Part shown: positions 1 to 12,966 of the stretch, piece by piece
Numbering within the stretch: position 1 is the stretch's first letter
Layout: each line of letters starts with the position of its first letter
From: Macrostomum lignano
Lineage: Eukaryota
Assembly (NCBI GenBank): GCA_002269645.1
Contig: NIVC01000152.1
Location: 434,001 to 498,000 of the forward strand
DNA: 64,000 nt
Direction of reading: 5' to 3'
Program-made: the position numbers and the translations under genes
The notes under the pieces: generated by a model
Told to the model about the DNA's origin: nothing
What the model saw: the letters and a program-made list of their open reading frames with translations, nothing else
Database searches by the model: none

Positions 1-1378
1 CAAAGCTATTTAATCCGTCGCATCAATTTGGCCGCTCTAAACAGCATCAGTTGAAACGCTTGCATCGGCATTGTCACCGTCTGCGATCTGCAGTTCAGAT
101 CGCCGAGGGACTCGTCGTCGAGGGATTCTACGGGTAAATGCTTCCAGTTGAGCATCACTGGCTGATGTTTAAGTAATCATTGATCATGAGTAGTCATGAT
201 CATTGTCTATATCAAAAACCATATAGACAACTTACCAATGTACGAGCTAAGATCCGTTATCCATCATTCGATTTCGATTTACTCGTATTAGCCCCAGAAT
301 ATGAAGAATGCACGTCAGGTCAAGTGTGACGCAATTCAGTGTATACCAAATATGTAAAAAAACTGGTTAAATGATTCCGATTGTTCAAGTCACTGAAAAG
401 GCAACAGCCCTATTTTGGTGTCCACAGCCTCCCACGTCTCCCAGTCATGACAATGTCAAAGGTCCGGCTGAGCAACTTTGTTCTTAAGTCTGTCCCTGCT
501 TTGCCAAAAAAAGTACCTGCACATGCGCTAACGGTTTTATAGACGTCGGTTTGAGAAATCCAGAAATCCAGGAATACAGAAGAGATTCAATGGAATTGTT
601 CGACACGTTTGTGCAAAAATATACCTAGACATTTTATAAATATCTTGTTTTTACAAGTCAATAGAGCAAAAAACAAGCATGTATGGCTAAAGATGATCAT
701 TTAATCTGCTTCCAATAAAGAAACGATTGTGCCAAAACTTCCTAGGTTTCATCCATCTCCGTAGTGTACTTTCGAGCAAGTTTTATAGCCATCATTTTTT
801 AAAGGAACGATTTGAAGTTTAACGCTCTGTTACTCAAGTCGTCGTTGGTTACAATGATAATAAATTGATTTATTTTACATATAGCTGCAGTGTGTCAAGC
901 TATTGACAGGAAAGGAAAAAAAGCTTTTATAATTGGTTGATGCATTTTGCGAGGCCATTAGCGCAATGTACATTATAGTGACTTGAAATACATCTTATTA
1001 TCTGTGGCGTAGCTAGAGCTTGAAGACAAGCAATATCCAGGGTAGCACTCCTTTTTGGTTTTCGATTTTTTTCGGTTCGATTCCATGTCCCTCTTTGAGG
1101 AGCTGTTGATTATTGTAGCACTTTTCGGCTCCGGCGTCAGCGCCTTCCATTATTTTATGAATAATTTACATGCACATGTACATGTATTGCATTGTAAAAC
1201 GTAAAAAATCATCGCTTCCATATAGACGAGTCACTTTCAGTACAATATTCCCACCAAGAGCGTATAGCCGTATGCAATGGGACGCGAGGGGTCAAGTAGG
1301 TCATGACTACCCCTTCACAAGGCTAATGAGCTGAACTAAAAATTTCCCATGTTTTTCTGTTTATTTTGAAAATATAGA

Positions 1379-1440
1379 AATCATGGGTTACCACCTCCTG
1401 GATTCCACCTCATGGATTCCACCTCATGGATTCCACCTCA
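1379..1440. repeat. Short 14-bp tandem repeat (TGGATTCCACCTCA x3 plus a degenerate copy)
   Basis: Direct inspection; abuts the 5' end of the LINE fragment. Confidence 0.85.
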
Positions 1441-2173
1441 ATATGTAGGTTGAAAGAAGACGGAAATCTTCTTCATGCCACTGGACCTACCTGCCGAGAT
1501 ATCACGCACCAAGATGCTGCCGGGGATGAGACCCCGCTTTCGCTCTGCCATATAATATCGTGTACCTCGATCGGCGGACTCGTGTTGGACATCGCCGGCG
1601 ACATAAGAAGAAGACGCGAGCTGCCCTGGGCCGTCTTACGCTTCGTGCACTCAATGCTACGATCTGGGGCTCTGGATGACGGGACCAGGGCTCAACTGTT
1701 TCGGGCAGTCGTCGAGACCGAGACTGTTCTGTTCTAAAACTCTGAGACCAGGAACCTGACGGATGCTCTGGAGAAACAGCTGGACGTCGCGTACTCTGCG
1801 ATGCTGCGCGGGCTTTGAGTCACGCTCTACATGTACGTCGCGCTCTACGCTAGGACCCGCCTAAAGCGGCCTTCTGACCTGCTGGTGCGAGAGGTGACTC
1901 AAGCTGGCTGGCCACGGTCGGAGAGTCGCTGCCGCGAGCCGTTACGGGACCTGCTATTGTGGACGGCGCAAGGTCCGCGTAGACGAGGCCAAGGGCGAAC
2001 CACGCCCTACCCCGAGCGCTGCTTCTGAGGAATGCGAGAGCCCCGCTCTGACTCTGGCTGAGGGAGCAGACTTTTCGAGAAGTGCGACCTAAAGGCATGT
2101 ATTCGACATCTCCCCCCTCTGTGGCCACTCGTGGCCGCCGAGAGGTGCATGTTGTTGTTGGTGTTGTTGTGTT
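1441..2173 (+). mobile_element. 5'-truncated, degenerate non-LTR retrotransposon (RTE-like LINE): RT C-terminus plus (GTT)n tail
   Basis: Frameshifted translation gives KKTEI...GGLVLDIAGDIRRRRELPWAV...TRAQLFRAVVETETVLF*NSETRNLTDALEKQLDVAYSAMLR...EPLRDLLLWTAQGPRRRGQGRT. This matches the YLG / DIxRRIxxAW / LFxAxVETVLLYGxETWxLT / LLWxxxGxRRRG pattern of RTE-type RT thumb regions. Ends in gttgttgttggtgttgttgtgtt (2151-2173). Confidence 0.75.
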
Positions 2174-3068
2174 ACAAATAACATGTATGATAAAAATCCA
2201 GAGTTGCTAGGATTTAAAGCAGCAATGTGCTGCAGCACTGCTTGTAAAAATTGGACTCAATCTACAGTACAGTACTACAGTACCATGATTTATCATTTAT
2301 TTATGGCTATTGTATTAGTTAACATTTAGGAATATTAGGCATCGAAAAAGTCCGGAAACGGGCCCAAAAAGAGCGGTTTATAGTTGGTTTCTGTAGTCTT
2401 CGATCGCGAATGTTTTGTAAAACGGGCATGATTATACTAGATACCAGCGTGTGCAATAGCTACCCTAAAAGTTCAGCACTTGCATTTTTAAATAAAATTT
2501 CCCAAAGCTAGTTTTCCATGGCCATCTAAAAAGATCGAGTAAAACAGCTAGATACACCAGATAAAAAATGGGCCATATGCCGCGAGCGATAAATTTTTTT
2601 GGAGGGCCAGCCTTCCTGGATCCACTCCTGGGGACACACTCGCGCATCAAGAATGTTTACTGTGGTCCTTGCTTTACACAAGCGAGGAGAACACTGTTTC
2701 ATGTAGATTAGGGGCCGATATAAAAAATAGCCCAATATTTGATTGATAATTTAGGCGCAAAAAATTTTGGTCTGTGGCATGGCGCACCAATTCTCTGCGA
2801 TACATGCGACGTACATCTAGGCAATGCATTGTCCTATGTTACTACTACATTTGTAACATACATTTGAGAAATCGCTCCTTGGACAAGCATGAAGGATACG
2901 CTAGCATTTCTACACATAGATTAAGAGAGTAAAATGTGACAATAACTGGCAATTATTTTGATTACATCGCGTGGTATTAAATATGCAACTCAAAACTTCT
3001 TGAGAGCGTATTCTTGCGGTAGGTTTTAGAATTTCAGAGAAGCCGAAGCACTCCTGCGAGGCATAGAT

Positions 3069-5564
3069 TTAGACAATATCAGAATCGTAAACGCAGTTGC
3101 TATACCGTTTCTTAAAAGCCGACCAGAGCTCTTTGACAACGCTAGCAGTCACAACGTCGCCGGCGTTGGCCGCCATCAGGCGTAGCACGAACACGCCGTC
3201 ACTGCGCAGATGCTCCTCCGCGAACTGTCGGGCTAGGCGAGCCTCTCCACGTCGTAGGCCGCCGCCGCCGCCACCGCCGCCGCCGCCGCTGCTTCCGTTG
3301 GCTAATTTGATAAAATCGACCACGAACCTGGTCCGACTGGCGGGCACAAGCTGGCGCGCCGTCCACGCTATAAACGACAGTCCCGTCAAAGTGGCAACGA
3401 GAACGATCCAGAACCATAGGAAGACAAAGATTTTCTCGTTGAAGATGTTGATCACTAGCACGCATTGCACTGTGTGCCGGTGATTGTCGGCGATCGTTCG
3501 CACCCAGAAGTCGCACAGTGTGACCCGGGGAAACCTACCGGACTCTTCCCAGTTTCGGCCGGACAGCATGCTAGTCAACAGTTCTATGCCAAATAGCTCG
3601 CCCTGTCTCGTGCCTAAGAAGGCGTTTAACAGAAAAAATTGCCCGGCACAATTGGCCAAGTATAGCAGCTTGATGATTAAATAGAGATAGCTGAGGTAGC
3701 AACCGTGACGCTTTGAGCAGAGGAAGCAAAGTGCCTGTTGAAGGCACGGTCTTATTCGTCGACAACAGCCGGAACTTCATGGAATGAAAAAGTTCAGTTT
3801 TGTGTGTTTGTCATATTTTGCCGGCCTTAATTTGACTCTGAATCTCAATATACTAGTTATTTTGGAGCAACTCAAACACGGTTGAAGTTTTGAGAGGGCA
3901 AGAGAAATAATGAGTACTTATAATATGTCAGCAAATATTGCCAACGTTTTTTAGGAAAGATTCATTGAAAACTAAGGTACAAGGACGCTACACTTACAGT
4001 TCGAGCAAAATTCACTCGAAGTCAGTTTTCGCTGCAAAATAAGTTGTCAGTATTTAGCACTACGAGTACATTGAAAATATGCTCATATCTCACCTTCTAA
4101 GAGATATGAGAGGGGGTTGTAGCCTAGTAGAGGGGGTTGTATCCTGGTAGAGGGGGTTGTATCCTAGTAAATGGGATTTTAGCCTAGTAGAGGGGGTTGT
4201 AGACTAGTGGTTAGAGCGTCGGACTCACGACTTGAAGGTCGGGGGTTCGATTCTCAATCCACCCTGAACAATCTATGTCCTTGAGCAAGACACTTAACTC
4301 TGAATTGCTTCAGTTCACCCAGCTGTAGAATGGGTACCAGCGTTAGCTGGGTTAATTGAGGGTGTGTGTGGTGACCCCCCCCCCCTCAGTCCTTGGACTG
4401 AACAGCCGTACGAAGCCTTCAGATGCGCCGTGCAATAGCTGCGGCTGAGCTGTCGGTTGCACATTTGCCTATTAGGGCAGGTGTTATAAACTATTAATAT
4501 TATTATTAGAGTCTTAAATGAAGCAAGTATGTCGTCAAAATAAGCAACATATATATTGAAGATTTAAAATCGACAGTACACAGAATACAAGAGATTATCC
4601 TTTTCTCATAACCAAATAACGTTCAATGGGGTTTTGGCATTGGCAATCACCAAAACTTTGTGCTTGTATTCCGGTCTATATTTTCGTCAAGGGCAACTGT
4701 ATTCTACTAAAATGATCCTTGATTTTCGTTTCTAATAAAGTGCATACTTGCTTCATTTGAGATATTGTCGAGTTTGCGCTGACAATTCGGTAATGCATTT
4801 TGCAGCGAAAACAGGCCTACAGTGAAATATTAACGATTTACGATTGTAGTATCCTTCTGCTTTAGCTGTTCATAGAAAGATTCTGAAGACTTAGGCGAGA
4901 CAGTATCTTCATAGAGTAATTGGTAATTCCATTCACAGGATTACTTTTTCGGTCTGCTGCCACACAGAGTAATCGAGTCGTGCACGTGACTCGCCATGCT
5001 GTGAACTGCCCGGGCTCGAACTTCGGCTTGGGCGAGACTCTGCGCCTCCAAGGCCATTCGGCTGAGGGCACGGAAGTTGACGCCAGTCTGCCAGTTAAGC
5101 AGCCTCCAAAGGATGCAGGGCAGGTAGAAAAGCAACGCTTCGCAGGCCAGAACAAACGGCACCCACTGGTAGTAGCCGATTTTGCGGTCCCGCCGCTCGG
5201 AGTGCTCTTTGGGGACGCCTGAGTCGAACGGCACATAGTAGGTATTCTGAACCCAGCAGTAGTTCTCGGCGTACTGCTCCATGGCTTTGGTGTAGGTGGC
5301 CGGTACCCAGCATTGCAGTGGCTGGCCTGTAAGAGTGATAATGTAGATGATAATCTGATTCTTGCTTAGTATATTTACGTGTTCGAGTACGAGGAGAGCC
5401 TTACCGACGTACTGCTTTGCCGAAATGATGAACGTAAATATAAGCAGGAGTATGCCGCTGTAGTGATGATTTAGTCGATCAGAAAAATCATCATCGACTC
5501 GAAGGCTCGAACTGGTGACCTTTAGCTTGCGCAACGTGCCGAATAGTCCAATGTCCATCACCAT
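3069..5564 (-). CDS. inx: Innexin (gap-junction channel protein), 3 exons: 5564-5405, 5326-4945, 3774-3069; ~415 aa
   Basis: The spliced ORF is in frame with GT-AG introns (5404-5327, 4944-3775) and totals 1248 nt. Innexin hallmarks: DDFSDRLN, KQYVGQPLQCW, ENYCWVQNTY, YYQWVPF, FPRVTLCDF, HTVQCVLVINIFNEKIFVFLWFW; four hydrophobic segments. Confidence 0.95.
4111..4508 (+). mobile_element. tRNA-derived SINE (family A) in innexin intron 2; its 5' 20 bp are present five times in tandem
   Basis: A box TAGTGGTTAGAGC and B box GGTTCGATTC; body ccttgagcaagacacttaactc...cagttcacccagctgtagaatgggtacc; (TAT)n tail. A clearly homologous copy lies at 56810-57115 on the - strand. Confidence 0.85.
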
Positions 5565-7894
5565 GCTGCCGAGTCTCTTGCTTCTTTGATTATTTCTTGA
5601 ACCAGAGACTGGCTCCCTTTTCTTGAGATAGAGGATTTTTTGTTAATGACCCATGGTTAACAAATCAGACTGTTTTTGGGCTGTGTTTCGGGTGAGCTAC
5701 GCTCGTAACCAAAATCAGAGTTACGCTCGTAGTTGCGGATCAGCGGCTACATATAATAGAAGCCAGTGAAACTACCGCTAGTAAAGCATAGACAAGAGGC
5801 GAATGCTTCCAACACAACTAAAAAGCTGTGATAAGTTCCTATGGCGTTAAATCCCCGCTTATTTGGTCGGGAGAAAGCGGTGGCGGGGACGAGCCCGCAC
5901 GGAACACCTGTTTTTTGGGGGCGCTTAGGCAATTCGTTTTTGCACTGTTTGCTTCCGCAGTTGGCGCGAAGTAGCCTCGCTTTAACGCTTCCCAACACAC
6001 TTTCTGTCTGTATTCTTCTGTTCTTTCTCACTTTAATATCAGCGCTCCCATTTATTTCTTCAACTGTCACCTCCCTGGCTAATTTCACTTCTTTTCACCT
6101 TTTCAACGTTTCTCTCGCCCAAGTCTTTCCTGTCAAATTGCTAAAAATTCCACTCTTAAGTGAACGGGTCAATCTTATACATAGAGATTTGACCACTCTA
6201 AGCGCTTCTGTTGTACAGCAACTGCACCTAAGCTGCTACTATAGCTACTCTCTCTTGTCTATTCAAACCACTTTAGTCCAGGTCTTCCGAACTCAAGTGT
6301 GCAAACAACATAGTAGCATCAGCATGTATATTCGATATCAATATTCCATGGTTTGAGTAAGATAAAAATCAATTTGGGATCACACGCATGAAGCGTACGT
6401 ACCATATTTCATAAATTTAGTTCCTAGCTAATCTCGATTCTATGAGTATGTAATATGTAATCTGGCTCGAAATGAGAAGCCCAGTAATTGCAATGGCCGG
6501 GGGTTAGAAATTGAATGACTTCCAACAGCTTGTTTGCGGAAAACGCACTCGCAATATTTAACTCTGCAAGCTGCTACAACATCCATTTATTAATATAAAA
6601 AATTTCTGCCTTGGTCTAGTACTCGAGCATCATCTTGTTTTATTTTAAAAACAGACGGTTTTACCAGCGAGTCATCTGCCTAAGACATGCCGGAATGTAA
6701 TAAATGTTCCTATTTCTCGCTTTGGGTTGTTGCAGTATTCGATATCTTTGTGTCTTTAGCATACGAATTTCGAGTGTCTCCCCTGGCCCGATTAGAGCTA
6801 CCATCAATATGGCTGCTTCTTCCACCACTTCGGAAACATTGAGCGGCACACACTTCTCTGGGAAGTCCTTTTGGTCGTCAGGATATCCGCCGGGTGGGTC
6901 CCTCTACAACTAATTCTCGTAGGCGATGACCCCTGTAGCTACTGCTCTTGCTGGCCAGTTGTTGCCCTGGCTGTCTGCTGGTGGCTGCAAGACAAAGCCA
7001 CCTTCACCGCTCCCTTAAGTACCGATTTTGATCAGACGGTGGCAACGAGAGGTGGAATGACTCGGAGAGAGAAACTCGTTTTTTAGCTCATTTCTCAAGT
7101 CTTTGGTTCCAGAAACGGTCATTATCGAAGAACTAGTAGATATTCGTATTTACCTGACGGCTGACACTAATTATTGATACCATCTAGTACGAGCGTAGTC
7201 CTGGACCTTATCCTAAAATGCAGTTTTTTCTATGAACCAATCCAATCTACGGAACACCTACCGAACAGAAATAGGTTCAGGTTTAACCGGGTTTTAAAAA
7301 GTGTTTCCGACCTTTGTCACTTGAAATGAGTTCATACATTTAAACAATGCCACCACACTGGAGCTGAATCAACTACGACTGAGTTCATTATAGAAACGAC
7401 TCCTGGAAGGCATTGGAGTAATAATTTATATTTGTAGTGAACCACAAAGCATTTTATATTCTTGCTATCAAGAATTTGTAGTCTATTAAAAAAATATTCT
7501 CGCTGATGAATGAATCATTTTCATTGCTTGGAGTAGTGAAATTGCGCTAGATAGTAATTTACACATTTGGCTTTCGACACATTCGCGCAAGGTGGTGGCT
7601 GTTTGGGAGAGAGCTGAATTCTAACGCCTCGTTTTAATCAAGCAGTCAACAATGAATGACGCAAAACTACATTGAAAGACCTATACAAGACTTATGAAGC
7701 TTTTCATATAGAGTCCTACTCTGTTTGCTGTTATGAAAGTCCGACTTGAATAAAAAACCCAAGAGTTTCACTTGCGTCGACTTTCTTTATAAAAATATGT
7801 TTAAATCTAGATCCTCAATCCTGAAGTTCGAGGTGCTGAATGCATCTTCTACTCTGGTACTCAAGCAATTTTACCCGTGTCTGTTTACCCACGT

Positions 7895-8956
7895 TCACAG
7901 TTGGCCGGCCGAGTATAGGCTTGAGTTGCCCCGGCCAAAAATAATGTGACCCCTGCGGCCGGGCGTCGCCCTAGTCTGCACATTGTTCAAATTGTCCAAC
8001 TGCATCTGACTGCTGCGGGGGCTCTGTCGGTTTGAAGGTCGTGGCGGCCACTCCATTTCGTACTTTTCTAGCAAGCCGCTGGGCTGTCGGCGGTCTGTAA
8101 CGCTAAGAAAGTCCGCATTGACCGTCGCACGGCCAACAGCTGACCGGCTGTTGTCGCGGTCGCAGTCGTCGCAGTCGCTGTCGCTCAAATCGATGGCCAG
8201 CGAGCGAAGTGGATCCGCGCCGGTGACAAGCTGCTGCCCATCGGCTGAAACTTTCGCAACCGATGAGCCTTCTTTGATTGGCGCAGGCTCTTTTGATGTT
8301 TTGGCAGCAGCCCTGGCTGCTGACTCTTGTGCTTGCAGGCTTCGGCGTCTGGCCAGACCACTTCGCTTCCGGGATCCCTTAGCTGAGGACCGGCCAAGGC
8401 TTTGGGTCAGCTTCACCGAACTCTTCCGATTCTCGCCTTCCCGACCGACCGTTGCCGACGCCGACGCTGCCGCTGATGCCGACGTCACTGCTTGCGCCGC
8501 CGAGGCGGTGCTGCCGCTCTGAGTGGTCTCCTGCTGGCTGTGGCTGAATGAGCGCTGCAAAAAGTCATCAAACGTGTAAACGGAGGTCCGGCTGCCTCCG
8601 GTGGGCTCGTCAATGTAACCGGCGCTGATGGTGAAGCAGTTACAGCAGGTCACTGACCGCCTACCGTCCGTCTCTTCATCTTCATCTCGGACGTCTACCG
8701 GCTGCGTCAGAGGCTGCTGACGTTGCGGCTGCTGCTTTTGCTGCTTTTGCTGATTTTGTCTCTCTGTTGGCGGGTTCTCTTCTGGCTGTAGCATGATTTG
8801 TTGTTGTTTCTGCTGCTTGAGTTTCTCCCGGTGACGATAACGGGCCCGGCAACGCTGGGAGGTCTTGCACAGCAACACGAGCAACATGATTCCTGTTCCT
8901 GTGGCAGCCACAACGCTTGCTGTCACCCAAACGACATTCAGGAATTCCGTATCCAT
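7895..8956 (-). CDS. Intronless hypothetical single-pass membrane protein, 353 aa (N-terminal TM, Q-rich and S/A-rich disordered tail)
   Basis: 1062-bp ATG-initiated ORF with an upstream in-frame stop, GC-rich against AT-rich flanks. Hydrophobic VVWVTASVVAATGTGIMLLVLLC is followed by a basic stretch. No recognisable domain. Confidence 0.65.
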   Translation of the reverse strand: MDTEFLNVVWVTASVVAATGTGIMLLVLLCKTSQRCRARYRHREKLKQQKQQQIMLQPEENPPTERQNQQKQQKQQPQRQQPLTQPVDVRDEDEETDGRRSVTCCNCFTISAGYIDEPTGGSRTSVYTFDDFLQRSFSHSQQETTQSGSTASAAQAVTSASAAASASATVGREGENRKSSVKLTQSLGRSSAKGSRKRSGLARRRSLQAQESAARAAAKTSKEPAPIKEGSSVAKVSADGQQLVTGADPLRSLAIDLSDSDCDDCDRDNSRSAVGRATVNADFLSVTDRRQPSGLLEKYEMEWPPRPSNRQSPRSSQMQLDNLNNVQTRATPGRRGHIIFGRGNSSLYSAGQL

Positions 8957-11437
8957 GCCAATATGTTGGAGCTTAGTGGATACCGCCTTGTTCCGTCTTC
9001 TGCTGATCTAGAATTAAATGAAGATTCACAAGCTTCGTTCAGCCGTCAATTTTCTAGCCTTATAAGGGAGGCGAGATTCATATAATGCCCTTGATCGCAC
9101 CACGATCTTGCTGCCAGTTGGGTATAGCTTCTATTTACAGCGCTCAGATGGGGGGCAGAGGAAGCAAACTCGCTGGGGGGAGGCAAGCTAGAATAGGGCA
9201 AACGCTGCGCACTTTGTTTCCCTTTTTGGTTCAGCTTCTGCTGTTGCGGCGTCATCATTTCCCCCAGCCCCAGCTTCCGCATCCCGCATGCGCTGGCGCC
9301 CGTAAAAGGAGATACTGAATTGCAGGCTGAAGGAAAAAAATCTTATCGACGACGACGCTCTCTGACTTTTCTAGCTTACCTTTTATTTCCCCGATGGCTG
9401 GCAGTAAACTTCAGCTGCGGGGTGTGTGCGCCTACCAAGAGTGCTAGAAAGGTTTCGACCTCTTTTCTCCGCGTCCAAACTTTAGACACTTTTTACTAAG
9501 TTCCGTAGATAAAAGGGCAACAGCATGTAAAGCAACGCAGCCTACACGAATTAAAAACGGATCGCATACTCGTTTCATATGGTCTATATTTACTATGCAC
9601 TGGAACGGAATTGCAATACAGTATCGTTCCAGTGCATACGCTAGAACTTTACACTGGTTCTTTCAGTTAAACTCGGCATCTGGAGCTGCCCATCATTTCT
9701 TGATGCCCAGTTTTATGAAAGTCAAAACAGCACAATCGTCAATGCCACAACTTACCGATTAAGTTGGCGAAATAAGCTTCAATAACTAACTTTTAAACTA
9801 AATTTTTGGATCTACAGTCTAGCTGCATCTAGGAAGAGTGCACGTATCGAACTCGAATATCTTGCACTGCCCGAGAAACGAACCATTTCAGACCATCGCC
9901 TCTTGACTTACAAGTGCGTGCTGGTCGGGCTCGAATAGGGATTTGGAGAGGGGGAAACGACAAGAGGGGTACCAACGAAGAGGGAAGCGTAGCAATGGCG
10001 AACGGCCCAAGGGCAGGGATTTCATGGGATGAAGGCTTAAGCAAGCAGCTGCTAGTGCCAGCTGATTGGCTGCTGGATGGGCCGTTGTTGAATCCATAGA
10101 ATTCTGGCGGAGGGGAGCTTGAACCAACGGTCAGAGAGGAACGCCGAACGCTTTAACCTAAAAACCTTTTTCACCTTCCCAACCTTCCGCCTCTACTTCT
10201 GCGTGCAGCAATCCCACAGCATTTGCTATAGTACAATTTCCCTTAGTCGGCTATTGTAACACTGTTTCCCTCTCGCCCTGCATGTTCTTCGTTGGAAAGA
10301 TTAAGCTAACAACAGTATGATGAAAAACTCTTACAGGCGTTTGCCCCAAGACTGCATAGCTTGATGATGGTGCCGAACTTTTCTGAAAGGTCTGTCCAGA
10401 AATCAGGGCTCCAACGGTGTGTTTCCTCAATTACCTGCCTATCGACTATCTGCCAACTTCTACTGCATCTTGACATTGCGTGTGAGAGCGGGATTGAAAG
10501 AATGCTAAGTGCAAGTAGTCCCTGGGACTGAAGAGCTTAATTAGCTATCAAAATGTTTCCCCTTACGCCGAACCTTAGTATACATGTACTAGGGAGAACG
10601 AAGGCACTCAAACCCCCCAGTCAAAATAAAGCTGAACAGCTAGGTATTATTGTTGATACTGAATACTATGCATACGTATAGGCTAGATAGTACATCAGCT
10701 ATTGCAGAGAATCCAAGCAATCCCGTTATTAGCAATCGTTCAATCATATTCGTCGTCTAGAGCGGGTCTGGTAAATTTTTTGCGGCCGAAATTTTGGTCA
10801 CAGAATTTTGTTACTCTTTAGACAGACTAGCTGTACTGTACGTGGGTAGAAATGTTTGCCCAGGATCGAGAGGGCTTCGGCACTAGCTATAGTACCGTCA
10901 AGAAGCAGCGTCAACTCTACTTCAACATGCGGAAGACGTCAGCCCAATTAGCCAGAGAGTTTTGCTGTGTTTTCTGCGGCCCTGTCTTCCAAAATAATAG
11001 AATATATCTAGCTAGGCGTATAAATTGGCGCCCAGAAAATGAAGAAAAAATGAAGGGATTAGAAGGTTAGATTAGTCAGTTAGCTAGGCTTTGTACGCTT
11101 GTAAAAGTGTTAAGTGTAGCGAAAGGGATCGTGATCTATGGACTGTGCAACTGCAGGGGGACATGTGAATGTTAATTTCCATGAGATATTTGCCTTCTAG
11201 CATAATTGTTGCATACATGTGCGATGTTAATACAATATAAGCGATAGCTAGTATTACATGTAACAACTACATAGATACGAGCGTACATGTATTTAACAGC
11301 GGGGTTACCGATACTTTCTGAGTGCTCACCGTATTATTTCAATGAGATGATTCATAACATAAACCCACAAATACAGCTGTAGCAACGTCGATGACGAGCA
11401 GTGTTTTTATGACGTACAAGTAAAAAAGTTTATATTG

Positions 11438-12183
11438 ATTGTTTGCCCTTTCCGCAAGTTGCATTGTACATTTAGATAAAAACTCTTATTATACATATGA
11501 AGCCATTTGTCGAATAGCCGAGGGCTGATCGAACACATGCGTATATATAATGCGCCGTCTCTCCCAACTTAGAAGTGTAAGAAAAGTCCATATGCAGCAG
11601 TACATGTACGTTAGGATCACGACTTAGAACAGTAACACTGTAATAAAAAATCTGAAATTTAAATTTCTGACCAGATTTGTTGAAAATGCCCTAGTCGAGA
11701 TACATGCGTAATAACTCCGAGGTGTACGTTGAACTGACCAGTAAAGGGAGATGTTCCCCAGCGAAGTTCTGCGGAGTCGAATTGCCCATGCATGCTGTCC
11801 CCCATTATTGGCCCTAACCTTAGCGATAAAATCCGGAATTGTTTGCCCTTTCCGCAAGTTGCATAGTACATTTGTACATGATTGTACATGAGTCGAATTG
11901 CCCATGCATGCTGTCCCCCATTATTGGCCCTAACCTTAGCGATAAAATCCGGAATTGTTTGCCCTTTCCGCAAGTTGCATTGTACATTTAGATAAAAACT
12001 CTTATTATACATATGAAGCCATTTGTCGAATAGCCGAGGGCTGATCGAACACATGCGTATATATAATGCGCCGTCTCTCCCAACTTAGAAGTGTAAGAAA
12101 AGTCCATATGCAGCAGTACATGTACGTTAGGATCACGACTTAGAACAGTAACACTGTAATAAAAAATCTGAAATTTAAATTTC
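11438..12183. repeat. Complex local duplication: 230-bp block (11438-11667 = 11954-12183) plus 91-bp block (11774-11864 = 11890-11980)
   Basis: Essentially identical copies read directly from the sequence. Confidence 0.9.
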
Positions 12184-12966
12184 GTTTTTAACGGAATGCG
12201 GTAACGTTAAAAATAACGATCGAATGAATCGAAACGCATGTACATGTATATATCGAAGGCAATGTATAGACTGAGGAGTATATGCTAATTGGGATTCCCT
12301 TTCAACAAACATTTTGATACACGTACAATACAATAAGGCCGATCGTGCTTAGAAAATTTTGCGACAACACATATGGAATTGATTGGAGTCAAATCTGAAC
12401 TTCTGCTGCTGAAATCTCGCCTGCCGACACCAAAATAATCCGTTATAGTTTAAGACAGTACCGATGTTGATGTACTGCATGTACAGAAGCAGTAAAAAAT
12501 CTTGCATGCAGATTAACAAACTTTTTTATTTGTATTTTCTTCATTTTCATTGTAGCTTTTTGTGGCGAAGCATTTTTTTTAAATACAATGGCAAAACTGA
12601 ACGAAAAACTCCAAAGCAAAGATTACGTGGGGTATTTTCAAAATTAATATTTTCGCTCTATTTCCTGGAAGTAACATGGGCAGAATAATTATAATGAGTT
12701 TATCAAAATACAAAACAGAAGCGCTAGTGTAGGCCTTGTTCAGTAAATTCTACAGATTAAAAAATAGGACTACCACTGCAAAACTTCCTTTTGTTTTTGT
12801 ATTTAAAAACGCATTGGACCAGTAATTATATTGAGCATGAAATTATAAATTTCCAAATCATGTTAAACTGACAGCAGACTTAAGTTAAGACTCTAGCCAA
12901 ACTAAACTAAACCTGTCAGATAAATTAATCTATATCTTGACTTACAATATTTTTAAAATTCTGATA

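Noticed and set aside
11810-11940. CCCTAACCTTAG telomere-like motifs
   Set aside because: Single hexamers within a local duplication, not an interstitial telomeric array.
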